A stretch of DNA of 64,000 bases, taken from NCBI GenBank assembly GCA_032718475.1, contig JAUCBJ010003862.1:1-64000 (forward strand), read 5' to 3'. Positions within the stretch are counted from its first letter, which is position 1; every line of letters begins with the position of its first letter. Below, piece by piece: positions 1-12,545 of this stretch. This DNA comes from Nemertoderma westbladi. Taxonomy: Eukaryota; Animalia; Xenacoelomorpha. Below the pieces are notes generated by a model, which did no database searches, was not told where the DNA came from, and saw only the letters and a program-made list of their open reading frames with translations. The position numbers were made by a program, and so were the translations under genes.

Positions 1-3000
1 ACAGGAACATTCATCGATAAAGAGCTAGCCGAAGATATATTTGCTGGACAGCCCAAGTTCCAAACTAAGCTCAACATGTCTGGCATTATGCAAGTTTGGA
101 AATCTACAATAACAGCTGATTATTATGTAGGCGCGTTGTCCACCCCACAAGACGAACTAGGAGAACACAGCATAAGGTCAGTGAAAATGGTGGCTATAAA
201 GAACTTCGCTACTACTCAAGCAGACCTTTATAATTGGGACGAGGATGAGAGCATCCAACATCTTAACATACCTCGATTTCAGACTGATTATCCTGGAGTG
301 CAAATACTCATCGGCCAAAACGCGCATGAGGCGCTGGAGACATTAGAGAAACGGCCTGCTCAACCGCAGCCCCTACAGACCTATGCGGTAAGAACTAGAG
401 TAGGATGGTATTTTACTGGCCCTTCCCGTAGAACACTCAAAGAAAGACTACCGCAAGAGAGAGTCTGCCAAGTGAGTGAATGGGAAGATGATGCTAGTGA
501 GGGAGACGATTCAACTGAGGGAATTCCATACTCCTCAGATAACGACGACGTTCACCAGCTTTTTGATGAGGAGAATACCATCGAGCTCCTTAAGGAAAAC
601 GAGGCTTGGCAAAACCAAGTTAACTTATGTCAACTTCTCTATCCATCTGAACGAGAAGCTTATAACGACGAGTTAAATGACGTCATTGAGCGTCATAATG
701 CCAAGATTCGGGATGAACATGCCGTACGATTCTTTACGCAAGAGGCGGTAGAGCCCAATTCCTACGATAAAGCCTTGTCGGTGGAAGAGGAAAGGGCCAA
801 GCAGATCCAAGAGACAACTACATGTTTCCTCAAAGATCAAGGTAGGTATGAAGTCGGTTTACCTTTCCGCAAGAAAGAACCGAAGTTCATCAATAACAGA
901 CCTTTGGCGGAAAAAAGAATCGCGCAACTCCATCGACGCCTTACGGATAATTCATCAGCTAAAGCAATGTATCAAACACAGCTGGAAAAATTCATTAATA
1001 AGGGATACGCGGAGAGAGTACCGGAAGAAACACCTGTGACTGAAAGAACGTATTATTTAACTCACCATTACGTTCCTAAACCCGGTAAACCCAATGAAGT
1101 GAGAGTAGTGTTTGATGGCTCCGCTCTTTACATGGGTCAATCCCTTAACTCTGAATTGTTACCCGGACCCAACTTACTTCAATCTTTGTTGGGAATTCTT
1201 TTAAGATTGAGACAATATTCGATTGCTTTCGCCTCCGATATAGAAGGTATGTTCTTGCAAGTCAAAGTGTTGGATAGGGATCGAGATAGCTTACGATTTC
1301 TATGGTGGCCCGAAGGAGACCTCAACCAGAAACCGGTGGAGTACTGGATGACCATCCAGGCCTTTGGGATAATCTCAAGCCCTTCCAACGCCTGTTCGGT
1401 AGTGCGTACTACTGCAGAGGACAATCGAGAGGCATTCTCTAAGGAAGTAATCGACAACATCAAGAAAGACATATACATGGACGACAATCTGAAGTCCCTC
1501 CCATCAGTTGAGGAAGCCATTGAGGTCGCTAAGGGAACGGTAGAGTGCTTAAAAAGAGGTGGATTTCGATTAACCAAATTCACCAGCAACTCCCGTGAGT
1601 TTCTGGAGTCGATTCCTGCGGAAGATCGAGGAGCGAAAGATCTCGATTTGATCAAAGATGATCTGCCAGAGACCAAGACACTCGGCTTGAAATGGGACAC
1701 AGAGAGAGATATCCTGTTTTTCCAGCTAAAACAGCGAGATAATCCAGTTCGAACCAAACGGATTTGCTTAAGTATACTGAGCACTTATTTCGATCCATTG
1801 GGATTTATTAGCCCAGTTATATTGATTGCTCGTAGTTTGGTACAACAAATGTGGCTTGAAAACCACTCATGGGACGATCCACTTAAGGGGGAATTATTGA
1901 AGCAGTGGATGAAGTGGGAAGATTCGCTGCCAGCGATCGAGGATTTTATAATTTCCCGTTCATATTTTGGTCATGTTCTCCCTACGTATTCCTATCAACT
2001 CCATGTGTTTGGAGACGCCAGCGATATGGGAATCGGTATAGTAGCCTACCTAAGAGTGGAAACTCCGGATGGAATCAAAGTAGCCTTGGTTACTTCTAAG
2101 GCATTAATCAACAACAAGTTGAAAGTTCCTCGAGCGGAGTTAAAAGCGGCTCTATACGCTACAGCCATCGGCCGGAATGTAACCGAACAGATTGACTATA
2201 CATTAGAGAAAACTGTCTATTGGACCGACGCTTTACTCGTGTTAGAGTATATAACCAATGAAGTCTGTCAGTTCAGCGTCTTCGTTACCAACAGAGTAGC
2301 CATCATACTTAGTCGCACGACGATGGACCAATGGAGACATTGCCCCGGAACGATTAACCCAGCAGACATCGCGTCCCGAGGAGCGACTCCAAAGGAATTG
2401 GTAAATACTCCCGAATGGTTAGGAGGACCTGACTTTCTCTACAGGGAAGAAGAAGAATGGCCTCCCCATCTCACAACAGCAGAGATCAGACAGGCCAAGG
2501 GAGCGGAGAAAGTTAAGCCCAAAACTCGAGCGAGTAAATCGAAGTTGTTTAAACCTGCGGTTGATCTATCTGTATTATTTACTTCCGGAGAGGATGCTTT
2601 GGATCAGAAACCCACCGCCACGACCAAAGAAGTCTTGGAAATCCGTGACAAGGATTGGAAATCTGGAATACCAGATATCTCGCAAGGACTCTCACCTCTC
2701 TTGCAGAGAGCGATACGTCACTACAGTTCCTGGAATCGGCTCTGTAAAGCTGTTACCTATTTGAAACGATGTTTTCATCATCGTTACTCCGGGACAAAGA
2801 CCCATAGTGATGATGCTCCATCAACATCTGCACGAGTCCATGTTGTTAAAGATCTTCCCCAATACAAGGTATCCAACAGGTTTCTAAAGGAGAAGATCAG
2901 TTACCAGGAGCATGATGAAACCAACAAACAGATGCTGAGACTCCTACAATGCTATGAGGATTCCGATAAGTATTTCCTGTTGTTAAGAAATCCGCAGATG

Positions 3001-4359
3001 CGCTTAAGGGATCGCTTCTCTAGTACCATGATAGATGGGTTAATACGTGTTGGAGGTAGGCTGACCAACGCCCCATTATCCTTTGACACTAAGTTTCCCA
3101 TACTCATTAGAAATCTTGATATACAAATCAAGATGATTGTAGATGTCCATAGCAAACTGTACCATGCTGGAAGAGAACGAGTTCTGAGCGAAATTCGAAC
3201 TCGCTACTATTTTTATAAACCCCGTAGGGCTCTGAACCAAGTTCTTAGGAACTGCATACCCTGTAAGAAAGCATTCAGTAGGCCTTTAACACAGCGAGAG
3301 GCAGAATTACCTAGGGAAAGAGTAAGCTTCTATGAACCACCCTTTACTAATACCGGTGTGGATTTATTTGGCCCTATTGAAGTATATCGTGCCCGGACTA
3401 TAGTCAAGAGATGGTGTGTCATCTTCGTTTGTATGACTTGTAGAGCTATCCATCTCGATATGGTAAACGATCTATCCACCAACAGCTTCGTGTTGAGTTT
3501 ACGACGACAGATCGCTCGCTTCGGAACCAGTAACACGATGAGATCGGATAAGGGAACGAACTTCATTGGCGCCAACAACGAAATTCAAGCTTACGTAAAG
3601 GACTGGAACAAAAGACAGGTGGACGATCAGCTAAGGATAACAGCGTCTAGCTGGACCTTCAACGCCGCCGACGCCCCTTGGTGGAGAGGAAGTTGGGAGA
3701 GATTGATCAGGAGCATGAAGACTGCGTTCCACTTTATTGTGCCTTGTCGCGCTTATCTCACCGACGAACTATTGCGGACGTTAATGGAGGAAATCGCCGC
3801 CTATCTCAACGAAAGACCGCTTATGCCAGTCTCTTCAAATCCTGATTCCCTGGAAGCGCTAACACCCGCGCACTTTCTACTGAAGAAGCCCGTAGCCATG
3901 CTCCCACGATCGGAGATCACCGACGGAGACGAGTACTGCCGTCGAACCTGGCAACTTATGCAGTTGCTATCCCGTCGTTTCGCTGACCATTTCGAGAAAC
4001 ATTACCTGCCCACTCTACAACTTCGAACTAAGTGGTTTGCACAGCAAGAAAACGTCAGCGCGGGAGACATGGTGCTTATTGTGGACCCCGATCTCCCACG
4101 TAAGCGATGGCAAACAGGACGTATCATCGAGACTTATATCTCGAGCGATGGTTTGGTGCGATCAGTAGAGCTCGTCGTCATGCGGCGGAACTTTAAGAAA
4201 CCAGGGATAGTCTTTGAGACTCAACAGCTCAATCGCCCAGTGGGTCGTTTATGTTTACTGGAAAGAGACAGAGAGCTCTCCGGAAACTATGGAAGGCAAG
4301 AAACTCTTCCCACGACCACTTCCCTAATCCAACCGACATCTAGGGACTCCCCAACTTAA
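1..4359 (+). CDS. BEL/Pao LTR retrotransposon pol polyprotein (protease tail, RT, RNase H/peptidase A17, integrase, DUF5641-like C-terminus); 5' end lies outside the window
   Basis: Frame is open from base 1 (TGTFIDKELA, protease-flap-like). RT motifs RVVFDGS, SDIEGMFLQV, YMDD; RNase H LHVFGDAS, YWTDA, NPADIASRG; integrase H..H..CIPC, GVDLFGP, RSDKGTNF, WERLIR; LTPAHFL and W..YL..LQ.R.KW, typical of Pao. Confidence 0.95.
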   Translation, partial: TGTFIDKELAEDIFAGQPKFQTKLNMSGIMQVWKSTITADYYVGALSTPQDELGEHSIRSVKMVAIKNFATTQADLYNWDEDESIQHLNIPRFQTDYPGVQILIGQNAHEALETLEKRPAQPQPLQTYAVRTRVGWYFTGPSRRTLKERLPQERVCQVSEWEDDASEGDDSTEGIPYSSDNDDVHQLFDEENTIELLKENEAWQNQVNLCQLLYPSEREAYNDELNDVIERHNAKIRDEHAVRFFTQEAVEPNSYDKALSVEEERAKQIQETTTCFLKDQGRYEVGLPFRKKEPKFINNRPLAEKRIAQLHRRLTDNSSAKAMYQTQLEKFINKGYAERVPEETPVTERTYYLTHHYVPKPGKPNEVRVVFDGSALYMGQSLNSELLPGPNLLQSLLGILLRLRQYSIAFASDIEGMFLQVKVLDRDRDSLRFLWWPEGDLNQKPVEYWMTIQAFGIISSPSNACSVVRTTAEDNREAFSKEVIDNIKKDIYMDDNLKSLPSVEEAIEVAKGTVECLKRGGFRLTKFTSNSREFLESIPAEDRGAKDLDLIKDDLPETKTLGLKWDTERDILFFQLKQRDNPVRTKRICLSILSTYFDPLGFISPVILIARSLVQQMWLENHSWDDPLKGELLKQWMKWEDSLPAIEDFIISRSYFGHVLPTYSYQLHVFGDASDMGIGIVAYLRVETPDGIKVALVTSKALINNKLKVPRAELKAALYATAIGRNVTEQIDYTLEKTVYWTDALLVLEYITNEVCQFSVFVTNRVAIILSRTTMDQWRHCPGTINPADIASRGATPKELVNTPEWLGGPDFLYREEEEWPPHLTTAEIRQAKGAEKVKPKTRASKSKLFKPAVDLSVLFTSGEDALDQKPTATTKEVLEIRDKDWKSGIPDISQGLSPLLQRAIRHYSSWNRLCKAVTYLKRCFHHRYSGTKTHSDDAPSTSARVHVVKDLPQYKVSNRFLKEKISYQEHDETNKQMLRLLQCYEDSDKYFLLLRNPQMRLRDRFSSTMIDGLIRVGGRLTNAPLSFDTKFPILIRNLDIQIKMIVDVHSKLYHAGRERVLSEIRTRYYFYKPRRALNQVLRNCIPCKKAFSRPLTQREAELPRERVSFYEPPFTNTGVDLFGPIEVYRARTIVKRWCVIFVCMTCRAIHLDMVNDLSTNSFVLSLRRQIARFGTSNTMRSDKGTNFIGANNEIQAYVKDWNKRQVDDQLRITASSWTFNAADAPWWRGSWERLIRSMKTAFHFIVPCRAYLTDELLRTLMEEIAAYLNERPLMPVSSNPDSLEALTPAHFLLKKPVAMLPRSEITDGDEYCRRTWQLMQLLSRRFADHFEKHYLPTLQLRTKWFAQQENVSAGDMVLIVDPDLPRKRWQTGRIIETYISSDGLVRSVELVVMRRNFKKPGIVFETQQLNRPVGRLCLLERDRELSGNYGRQETLPTTTSLIQPTSRDSPT

Positions 4360-4377
4360 TATCGTTCGGAGTGGGCG

Positions 4378-4789
4378 TGTGACTCTATTATTTATATTAT
4401 ATTATTATTTTTATATTTATGTATGTATTACTATGTAATTTTATTATAATCGTTTTCTTTAATTTTATTTAGTAGAATGTTATTTTAGCGATTATTTAGT
4501 AGATTAGTGCAATATATATTCGTGTTTATTACGTACGTAACTACTTATATTATATATAGTGCGACGGCGAAGAAATAATTATTTTTTCTCTTTCCTTACT
4601 GTCCGTATTATATTATAAATACGTGACTACAGTAAGATGAAATGTCCGTACTTATTAAAAGTACAATAAAGCCACTACTATATTTAAGTATTATTGGTAG
4701 GCAGAGTATTAGGAATGCAAAGTTCAGATCCTCGTGTCTCGGCTAAACCAAGCTCTGGGTAGACCTTGGAAACGACTTGCCTCTTCACA
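4378..4789 (+). repeat. 3' LTR of BEL/Pao element 1
   Basis: Purine-rich tract GGAGTGGGCG (4368-4377) shortly after the pol stop, then TGTGA...TCACA 5-bp inverted termini, AATAAA at 4665-4670. The partner LTR is outside the window. Confidence 0.7.
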
Positions 4790-7700
4790 CTGACATTGCT
4801 TCGTGCGATATTGCTCTCATACCGTATATTAAATAATACATATAGTAGCGTGATGTCCATTTAACAGTAGCGTATAACGCAAAATAAATCTGTTAAACCC
4901 TTTGACCATCTGTAATTCTAGTCAATTAAGATATCGCGGCACCCACCGATATACTTGAAAGACAAATTCTAGAATCAGTGGTTAACGTCCCCAGACAAGT
5001 TCTGGAATAAATCGGTGCCCATCGCAAATATTAATTATTTAATATTTGCAAATCTAATAAATCAAAATCTGTAAAATTCAGATCCTTCAACAATTCTAGT
5101 CAATTAAGATATCGTAGCATTTACCGATATTCTTAAAAAAGACAATTGTCATAGAATTAAGGATCTTGTGTCCCTAGACATGTTCTAGAATCAAAATATG
5201 TCCATTTAATTATCAAATAATAAAATTTCAGGGAATAAATTTAAATTCATGCCTTTTAATGAATTTAATAAATTGCCATTTTACGCAATTTATAAAGTTC
5301 CCAAAATTCCATTAATTAATAGATCAAGGGAGCGGAGATTTATCTTATCATGCGTATGAGAGTGTGAAAGTCTCCCAAACATAGTCAATAGCCGATAAAA
5401 TTCATAAAGTCATGTATAAAACAGAACATTGACTATTAAAGAATACTATTAAATAACATCCCAGATCTGTATGCATTGGAATTACTCTAATTCTACCGCT
5501 AGCTTTGCATAATGTCACCATAGCAACAACCACGCTAGAATTAGAATTGAGTTAAAAGAACAATAGAAAGCTTGTCCCATTGAATAGCATAGGGAATAAA
5601 TAGCGCACTACTAGTATCCAAGGATACATAATAATACAGTGACATTCTGGAAGGTATTGACTAACGGACAAATGGCCCGAATGTGTGTAATTTGTGACCA
5701 GTTGTGTGGTATTTGTGAGTTTATAGGTGAATGTTACTGCTAAGGTGTGTTTACAGTAGCTAGTCGCAATCGTAAAAGTAACCTAACTCTCCAAGGAAAA
5801 CCTGAAGTACATCTAAGCCTTTGGGACGGACAGTTGAGTGACTTGTGCCGGCTGTCGTTGTCGTTGTGCGGCTACGTCGTTGGCGAAAGTACAGCGGCGA
5901 CGACACATCGGCGCTGAGGATCTCGTACTGTCCGGGGGTTAATTGGAGTAGGCAGCGACGCTCGCTAGCCTAAATATAAACTCTTTATAATATGGGTAAA
6001 CTCATATATAGCAGACATGACGGAGTTGATAGAAGATGGTCTTGGTATCGGGGAGCGATATACTCTACTTTTACAAGCGTTTGTTGATAGCTTAATACGC
6101 GGCGACGTTAGCCCAACTGCTGCGGAGGACGATGGTCGTTATATCGAACCGCCAATGTCCCAAGAGCAGCTCGCTCGAGTTGGACTATAGAAAATTCGCT
6201 GCTCGATATACGCAGCGTAATGGTACGTATATGGGCTTCTTAACTACTGATCATCCTATCGATTTACACAATACGGACTATGTCGACTATATATCCTGCC
6301 CAGCGGAGTCGGAACCATAAATTGAAATTCCAATGCGAAAATTCTATTCGAAATCGGCTCGAAAGAAAAGACATTAAAGAAACAAATAAACGCGGTAACT
6401 CCAACATATATTGGTAATTCTTGATAGAAGCATTGTAACAACAAATAAATATCATCCGCGTTACCCCTACCAGATGTGCGTCTTTGGTATTATTACGATA
6501 AATGCCCTAGATCCAGCCAATAAACGGAAAGACATAAACATCCACGGAAACGTTGTGTTAAACACAGTTGTGCTCGTTATATTTACTGGAGTTTCGAGCG
6601 AAACTTGTTTGACGTACCACCTATGCTCACTCGGCTTGAACGATCCTGGAGTAAACCTACGATCAGAGTCCCGGAATACTCGGTCAAACCTCCTCATTCC
6701 TTAGTTGGACCTCAGACCTGCGATCCTGGTGGTGTCGCGGATCCTCGTGGACTGTATTCACTGTTCAAAGATCTAGTGCTACCCTAACAATTAATCGGTA
6801 ACACTCCGACAGTGATTTCTAGCTAGCCGCCCATCTTACCTAGCCGGATTGTGATGCGGACACCTAATATCACTATCCTACCGTATGGTCGTCCCCGTTT
6901 AACGCGATACAACCCTTCATCAAGGTGAAGGAGAGTTTGTACGAAACGAGTTAAACGTGATTCTATAAAGATCAAAAAGGAAACCTGCGTTTGTTCAGAT
7001 AAACGTAAGTTATAACAGTAAGTCCAATCGATAAACGAATTGGCCTTATCTCGGTTCGATTGGGAAATCTCGAATCTCTAAGAAGATATCAAGCTTAGAA
7101 AACCCTATTCTCTGCGAGAGTTTTGGACGAACATATCCCATGACAAGCGGAGGAAAATCAGCTCGAGGAGAAGCATATCGAAATGGACGAGACACCGACA
7201 GTAAACCCAAACCTTCTAATGCAATCATATTGCACCCTTCACCCAGGAGTTATGGCCCTCCTAGTAAAGTGGTTCCCCCCAAAGAGAAAAGGACTCTTGC
7301 TAGCTTTAAAAAACTGCGTAAACGCCGTCCGCGCAAGAAAGACTAACTGTTTAGAGTATCTTTAGGTTTTAGAAACTGTGATTTTTATATTTTATAGACT
7401 GAAAATCCCATTTTCTGGGAGCGGTGTAAAAGCCTTTGCTGAATTGCCCCGTTATTTTATTATCTTTTACATTAAAATACTCTGTAGTTGATTTAATAAG
7501 TGTAAGAGACCGTATTATTGCTGTATCGGTGTTTTTAGAGGATCTAAGACCTATTTCCTCCGTATGTGTACTGTGAAAGGCATATTTTATGATTCTATGG
7601 CAATTCGTGACGCAAAGGGGTGATAGCTACTCTTGAACAGTAGTTACTATGACTACGGTTAACAGCTGACATTCATACGTGTTGATTTCCTTTGTTCTAC

Positions 7701-8658
7701 GGCGTCTCTCAGTTCAGTCAGCCAATTAGAGCGTTTTTGTGGCTCCTTGTACAGAAAATTTCCGAGAAATGACGCAATGCCTATGTGCAGTGTTTACATT
7801 CAGTCCTGAGCCAAAGAAAGAACGGCTTGGAAGTTTTTTTGTACTTTACTGTTTTAGCCGTACACTAGTAGGCTTAATCATAAGGACATATATCCGTTAT
7901 CTAACTTGACTAACCTAACTCAATGCAATCAATGCATACTGCAGTACTGCATACACTGCATACTGTGTAACACTGTGCATACTTTATATTGTTATACTGC
8001 TATTTGCTGTCTGTACTTCATAATTTGGTTGATGAATTATTATATTTGGAATAACGATAAATAACCCCGAAAACCCAATATTCTTGATATACTGAAGGTA
8101 AGAGAGAAAGGTTATACATAACGATTGTGACTTATGTTAAAGTGGTTTGAAGTGAATCTAATGTCATTTGATAGCCCCTACATGAGTCAGTCCGTGTTCC
8201 TTTTATATGTAACTAAAATCAGTGAAGATCGGCAGATCAGTGTGCAGTATTGTGCAGCATTGTGTGCGAGTGATACTGATAACGAAGCATTCCTAAAGAA
8301 TGCGCCATATATGTGAATTATAATTAAGCCATATCGTTGTGAGTAGTTTAAGTCATAACTCTGTTTATATAAATAAAGCGCCACGTCCTAAAGGAACTGT
8401 TAATATTCCCGAAGGTGAATAATATTGTCAGAGATTATATAATACTGTCAGTCGAATAATACATTAAGCTTACATAGCAATAAAATTAAGCCGTCGAACC
8501 CAATCTCCCGGGAATTATCCAGCGGGTGAATGATCGCGCACAGATTGGTTTCGACTAGTGTAGTGAATCAAATATTTGTCATCGGCTAAAGTGATTTATT
8601 ATCTAACAGACATCCTAATTTGGCGGGTTAAACTGCCAAAGGTCTGAAAGCGCGAACA
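4790..8658 (+). mobile_element. 3' half of a degenerate long-LTR retroelement (family X, copy 1): decayed extra ORF, PPT and 1.23-kb LTR
   Basis: 7140-7346 peptide (SNAIILHPSPRSYGPPSKV...FKKLRK) matches 37526-37756(-) (SDAIILYPSPRSYSPPSKV...FKKLRK). TCCCATTTTCTGGGAGCGG|TGT junction is shared with 37441. YNMGKLI at 5986 matches YNLGKLV at about 38240(-). Confidence 0.75.
7425..8658 (+). repeat. 3' LTR of family X copy 1
   Basis: Starts TGTAAAAGCCTTTG after the PPT GGGAGCGG and ends GGTTAAACTGCCAAAGGTCTGAAAGCGCGAACA, matching both ends of the LTRs at 36231-37441 and 44135-45027 (reverse complement). Confidence 0.75.
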
Positions 8659-9336
8659 CATTAACTAACTACTGTATGCGTACTGTACGAATTGGTAATA
8701 TTATTCACATAAGTTATTTTATACATAACGAGGTGGATACATTGTAATCACTCACCCTCCCGGGGTGTAAGTAGATAATTATCTAACTGGAACGGTCCAG
8801 ATCAGTTATCCAACTTCCTAAACAAAATCCTTTGGGTTGGTTTTGAATTCTTACCTGCCTGCGTGCCAGCAACAAACTCGACGGCTATTGGTCAGACTAG
8901 AAAGAACCGGATTCTATTTATACAATAGCGCCAACAGCTAACAGCGGAGAGCCGGTCACCGGCCTACAGAACCGGAGTGGCAGCTGAGTACAGGAATAAC
9001 CATTTATCCTGGGAACTGGTAGGATCGAGTTTGCGAAAGCCGACTGCAATGGTAATGAAACCAAAATAAACCAGTTTTGGTTGGTGTCCATGAATTCTTA
9101 AAAAATGGATTCTTAAAGGTATTTTAACTGTTTTTGGTAAAAAGGTTAATAAACTAAAATTATTGTTAAGTTACATTTAATCTCAAGTTTATTTGATTAA
9201 TTATTTGAAGACCTGCACCTGCATACCTGGTTGAAATATTCTTTGAGATTTTGTGCTGAAAGAAGCGAAACATTTTAACCGTTTTTGAAAAGAAGTGATA
9301 TTCATCGTAATTCCCAAAAAGAACAGCCAATATAAG

Positions 9337-9658
9337 GTAGGTACAGTAGGAACAGTAGGTACAGTAGGAACAGTAGGTACAGTAGGTACAGTAGGACAGT
9401 AGGAACAGTAGGAACAGTAGGAACAGTAGGAACAGTAGGTACAGTAGGTACAGTAGGACAGTAGGAACAGTAGGAACAGTAGGTACAGTAGGAACAGTAG
9501 GAACAGTAGGTACAGTAGGTACAGTAGGAACAGTAGGAACAGTAGGTACAGTAGGTACAGTAGGACAGTAGGAACAGTAGGAACAGTAGGTACAGTAGGA
9601 ACAGTAGGAACAGTAGGTGCAGTAGGAACAGTAGGTACAGTAGGTGCAGTAGGAACAG
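9337..9658. repeat. 9-bp minisatellite (GTAGGAACA / GTAGGTACA variants)
   Basis: About 36 tandem units, directly visible, with occasional 8-bp GTAGGACA and GTAGGTGCA variants. Confidence 0.97.
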
Positions 9659-11668
9659 CACGGTATCGAACAAGAAGAAGATGCACAATATGCCACTGCC
9701 AAACCGGAAGTACGGCAGCTCTACCAGTACGGTACACGGTACCATTTATACCTTACAGGCAGACTAGAGCCTTATTGCAGTATTAATTGTTATAGAATAT
9801 CACCTTACTGCTATCAGCTCTGACCCCGTATGGGCTGTTGTAGTAGAGTCCGTATTAACTTTCGCGAAATTAAAATTTTACAATATTTACCAACTCAAAA
9901 CACAAACAGAGTAAATCGATAACTCTAACTCTGTAACTCGAAGCTACTATCCCCAGGTGGTTACCAGTAGTGGCATCCCTTAGCCTTTATCAAAAACCTG
10001 CAGAGTAAAACTTTAGTAAAACATGTTGTGGCGTTTTCGTTACCATTGTTGTGTATTTTATTATGTAAATATATCTGCCCAGTACAGCCCTGTGTGCTAC
10101 TGAACCAAATGATATTGCCCTATATGCTAAACATAGTGGTTTATTCATAGTTTATTCATAGAGCATATTCATAGTCAACTTAGTCTCGTCTTCATTACAA
10201 CCATTTTTGAGCTCGTTCTGTACATCTCGTAAAAAAATATGAGTTTTACAATTGTACATAAATGCAGGTGGTTGAGTTTAGTCAACGTACTGTAGTAATT
10301 ACTTAAGCCTTAACCCTTAAATGCAGTTGTGGCCACTCGCCATAGTATATTCGTATATACCGGTATTAATATACCTGATCTACTCTATACACTTATCAGT
10401 TATAATTTTGTGTGGATGTCTCATGCCAACGCCCTGCTTTCTTATTCCTAAAAGCGGCCATAATAGCCGGAGCAAAGTTAATAAAAAAACATATTCTTAC
10501 ATTATGTTTCTCGTGAACCGGGCTACTCCCACCCCACCCTGGCAGCCTGGGGGTCCGGGTGGGATGGTCACTTATATAAAACTATTTTCTAGGAATTGGA
10601 ATGACATTCTATGTACCGGTACCTAAAGTTAATATGCGGTTGCGACTCTCTCAACCCCAGAATTCTACCCATTTATGGAGAAGAGACGACGGTTGAGACG
10701 TCAAATATCTTACGGAAGATGACAATAATGATTGATGTGAGAATCATTAAGTCAGGTTGTTATTTTGTAAAGGTGCTGGTGGATGCCAAATTTCTTTCGA
10801 TTCGTGTACCGGTACCAATTTGTGAATTATTTGTGGTATGTAATTCATTTATGTACAAATAGACTGAGCAAGATTGAGGTTTTTTTTACAGACAAATTTA
10901 TTCAAATACGAATTTATAATAATTGTTTTTTTCTGAAGCAGTAATTCACGTAGTCCTTCGGAAAAATGCTACTGTATATTTCCTAATTGCCAACTTTGTA
11001 TAAATTCCTAGACACTAGGCCTACTACAGTACATGCTATTTTTTTTATATTTTGGAATATTTATGAATAAACATAGATTTATTTTCTCACAGGTATACAG
11101 TATCTATGCTAATTGTTTCCGTTGAGACTATGAAAAACTAATTGACCTACTGTACTAGGCCTACATCAGAAATACCAAGAATGATTCGTATCCATATTAG
11201 TGGGTAAAAAATTGATATCTTGCTCTTGCTTTCACTAAAGCTGGCCATTGAGCCGCTACATTGTTTGATTAGGTTTGACAAAATTGTAATTAATTTGACA
11301 TAAAACTTATCAACATTCGATCCAAAACTTGAAGACCCGTGATGTCCATATTTGGGAAATTTAATCACAAAAACTTAAGTAATCCAAATTTTATTGTTAA
11401 TTTAAGTTAAATATCGGTAGTCATGCAAAAAAGAAAGTGAAAAAAAATATTGTAACTAAAAGACCATGGCAATTAATTCTTCTAGTATAATACTGTATGT
11501 GATTGAATGTTTGATTTATGACAAGCATAAAGGCAATCATTTTGTATATAACAATAATTTTGACGTATTGAAGTGTTTCTAAATGAATATTTTTTTCCAT
11601 TGATTGTTTTCTATTTGCATTAGTGCAGTTTTTTTTATTGATACTGTATATGATAATGTTATTTGTAA

Positions 11669-11912
11669 TAAAAGTAAAAGTAAATATTCTTCGGCATTTG
11701 GGCCTGGGTTTACGTACAAAGTCTGACGACTTCTTTCCAGTGCGGTCCCCCCAGAACTTTACTCCCCAGAGGAAACAAGCAAATGCAACAGCCCTGACTG
11801 TTCCTTTCAAAGCATTTCTGCCGAAACGAAAACTGCCCTGGCCCATGTGAGGATCGAACCCACGACCTACGGGAGATATGAATTCAATGCAACCACTACA
11901 CCAAGGTGGGAC
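11669..11912 (-). mobile_element. tRNA-derived SINE
   Basis: Minus strand reads GTCCCACCTTGGTGTAGTGGTTGCA (A box)...GTGGGTTCGATCCTCACATGGGC (B box), followed by about 170 bp of body and a TTTACTTTTACTTTTA simple-repeat tail. Confidence 0.75.
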
Positions 11913-12382
11913 AATTAACGCATTGATTTTACTTATTTCCGGCGAAAAAGTAAAATAATATATTTTTGTAGATTTTCTTTAATATTATTACAAGTGTTGG
12001 GGCGAGAGCATCGAAGTAGAAAAGGTTTGCACGATATCACATGGGAATAAAACGTAAAACATTGTTCTCAATATTATCTCGACCCTTCATTAACTTCGCT
12101 GGGGTTCGGTAAATAAAATGCCTCGAAAGTGAAAAAATTTGCACTTTTTTCACAATTTTTTCACAATTTAATTTTAAATTAATAAGACCAATGATTTGAT
12201 TAGATACTGTAAAACAATATGAGTTCCTCGTCTTTCAATCATTCCCTCTCTTTACTAATACCTCTATCGGCATTCCGTTAGTTTGAAAATACCTAGTTAT
12301 TTTATTTTAAGTTACTATAACTACCAACTAATCATGGCGTAGTTTCTATTGATAAACATCGTTTTGCAGGATTTCATTTGGG

Positions 12383-12545
12383 ATGTCGTTTTTGGATATT
12401 GCGCAGTTGACCGTTCATTGCGAAAGTCTACGGAGACTCCAAGGGAAGAAGCGGCAGAGGTCCCAAAATGTAGTTGGAGGTGGAAAACAGACCAAAGTTC
12501 ACAAATCGATGGTTGCTATAGTAAACAAGGATGACACCGGTGGTC
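12383..12545 (+). CDS. SLC35G/EamA-like transporter, predicted coding exon 1 (acceptor at 12369, exon from 12370)
   Basis: TTTTGCAG acceptor, ATG at 12383, open frame MSFLDIAQ...DDTGG, donor GTGAGT at 12546; phase 1 matches the next exon. Confidence 0.55.

Noticed and set aside
4360-8658. Treating 7425-8658 as the 3' LTR of the BEL pol at 1-4359
   Set aside because: A PPT and a TGTGA...TCACA-bounded LTR directly follow pol, so nesting of two elements is more parsimonious; not provable without upstream sequence.
9166-9745. Three-frame PTV/YCS/LLF ORFs, and the array as a telomeric repeat
   Set aside because: Artefacts of a stop-free 9-bp repeat; the array is short and interstitial, with no evidence for a telomeric role.
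11840-11912. Functional tRNA gene
   Set aside because: The anticodon arm does not pair well and the head continues into a body and simple-repeat tail, which fits a SINE.
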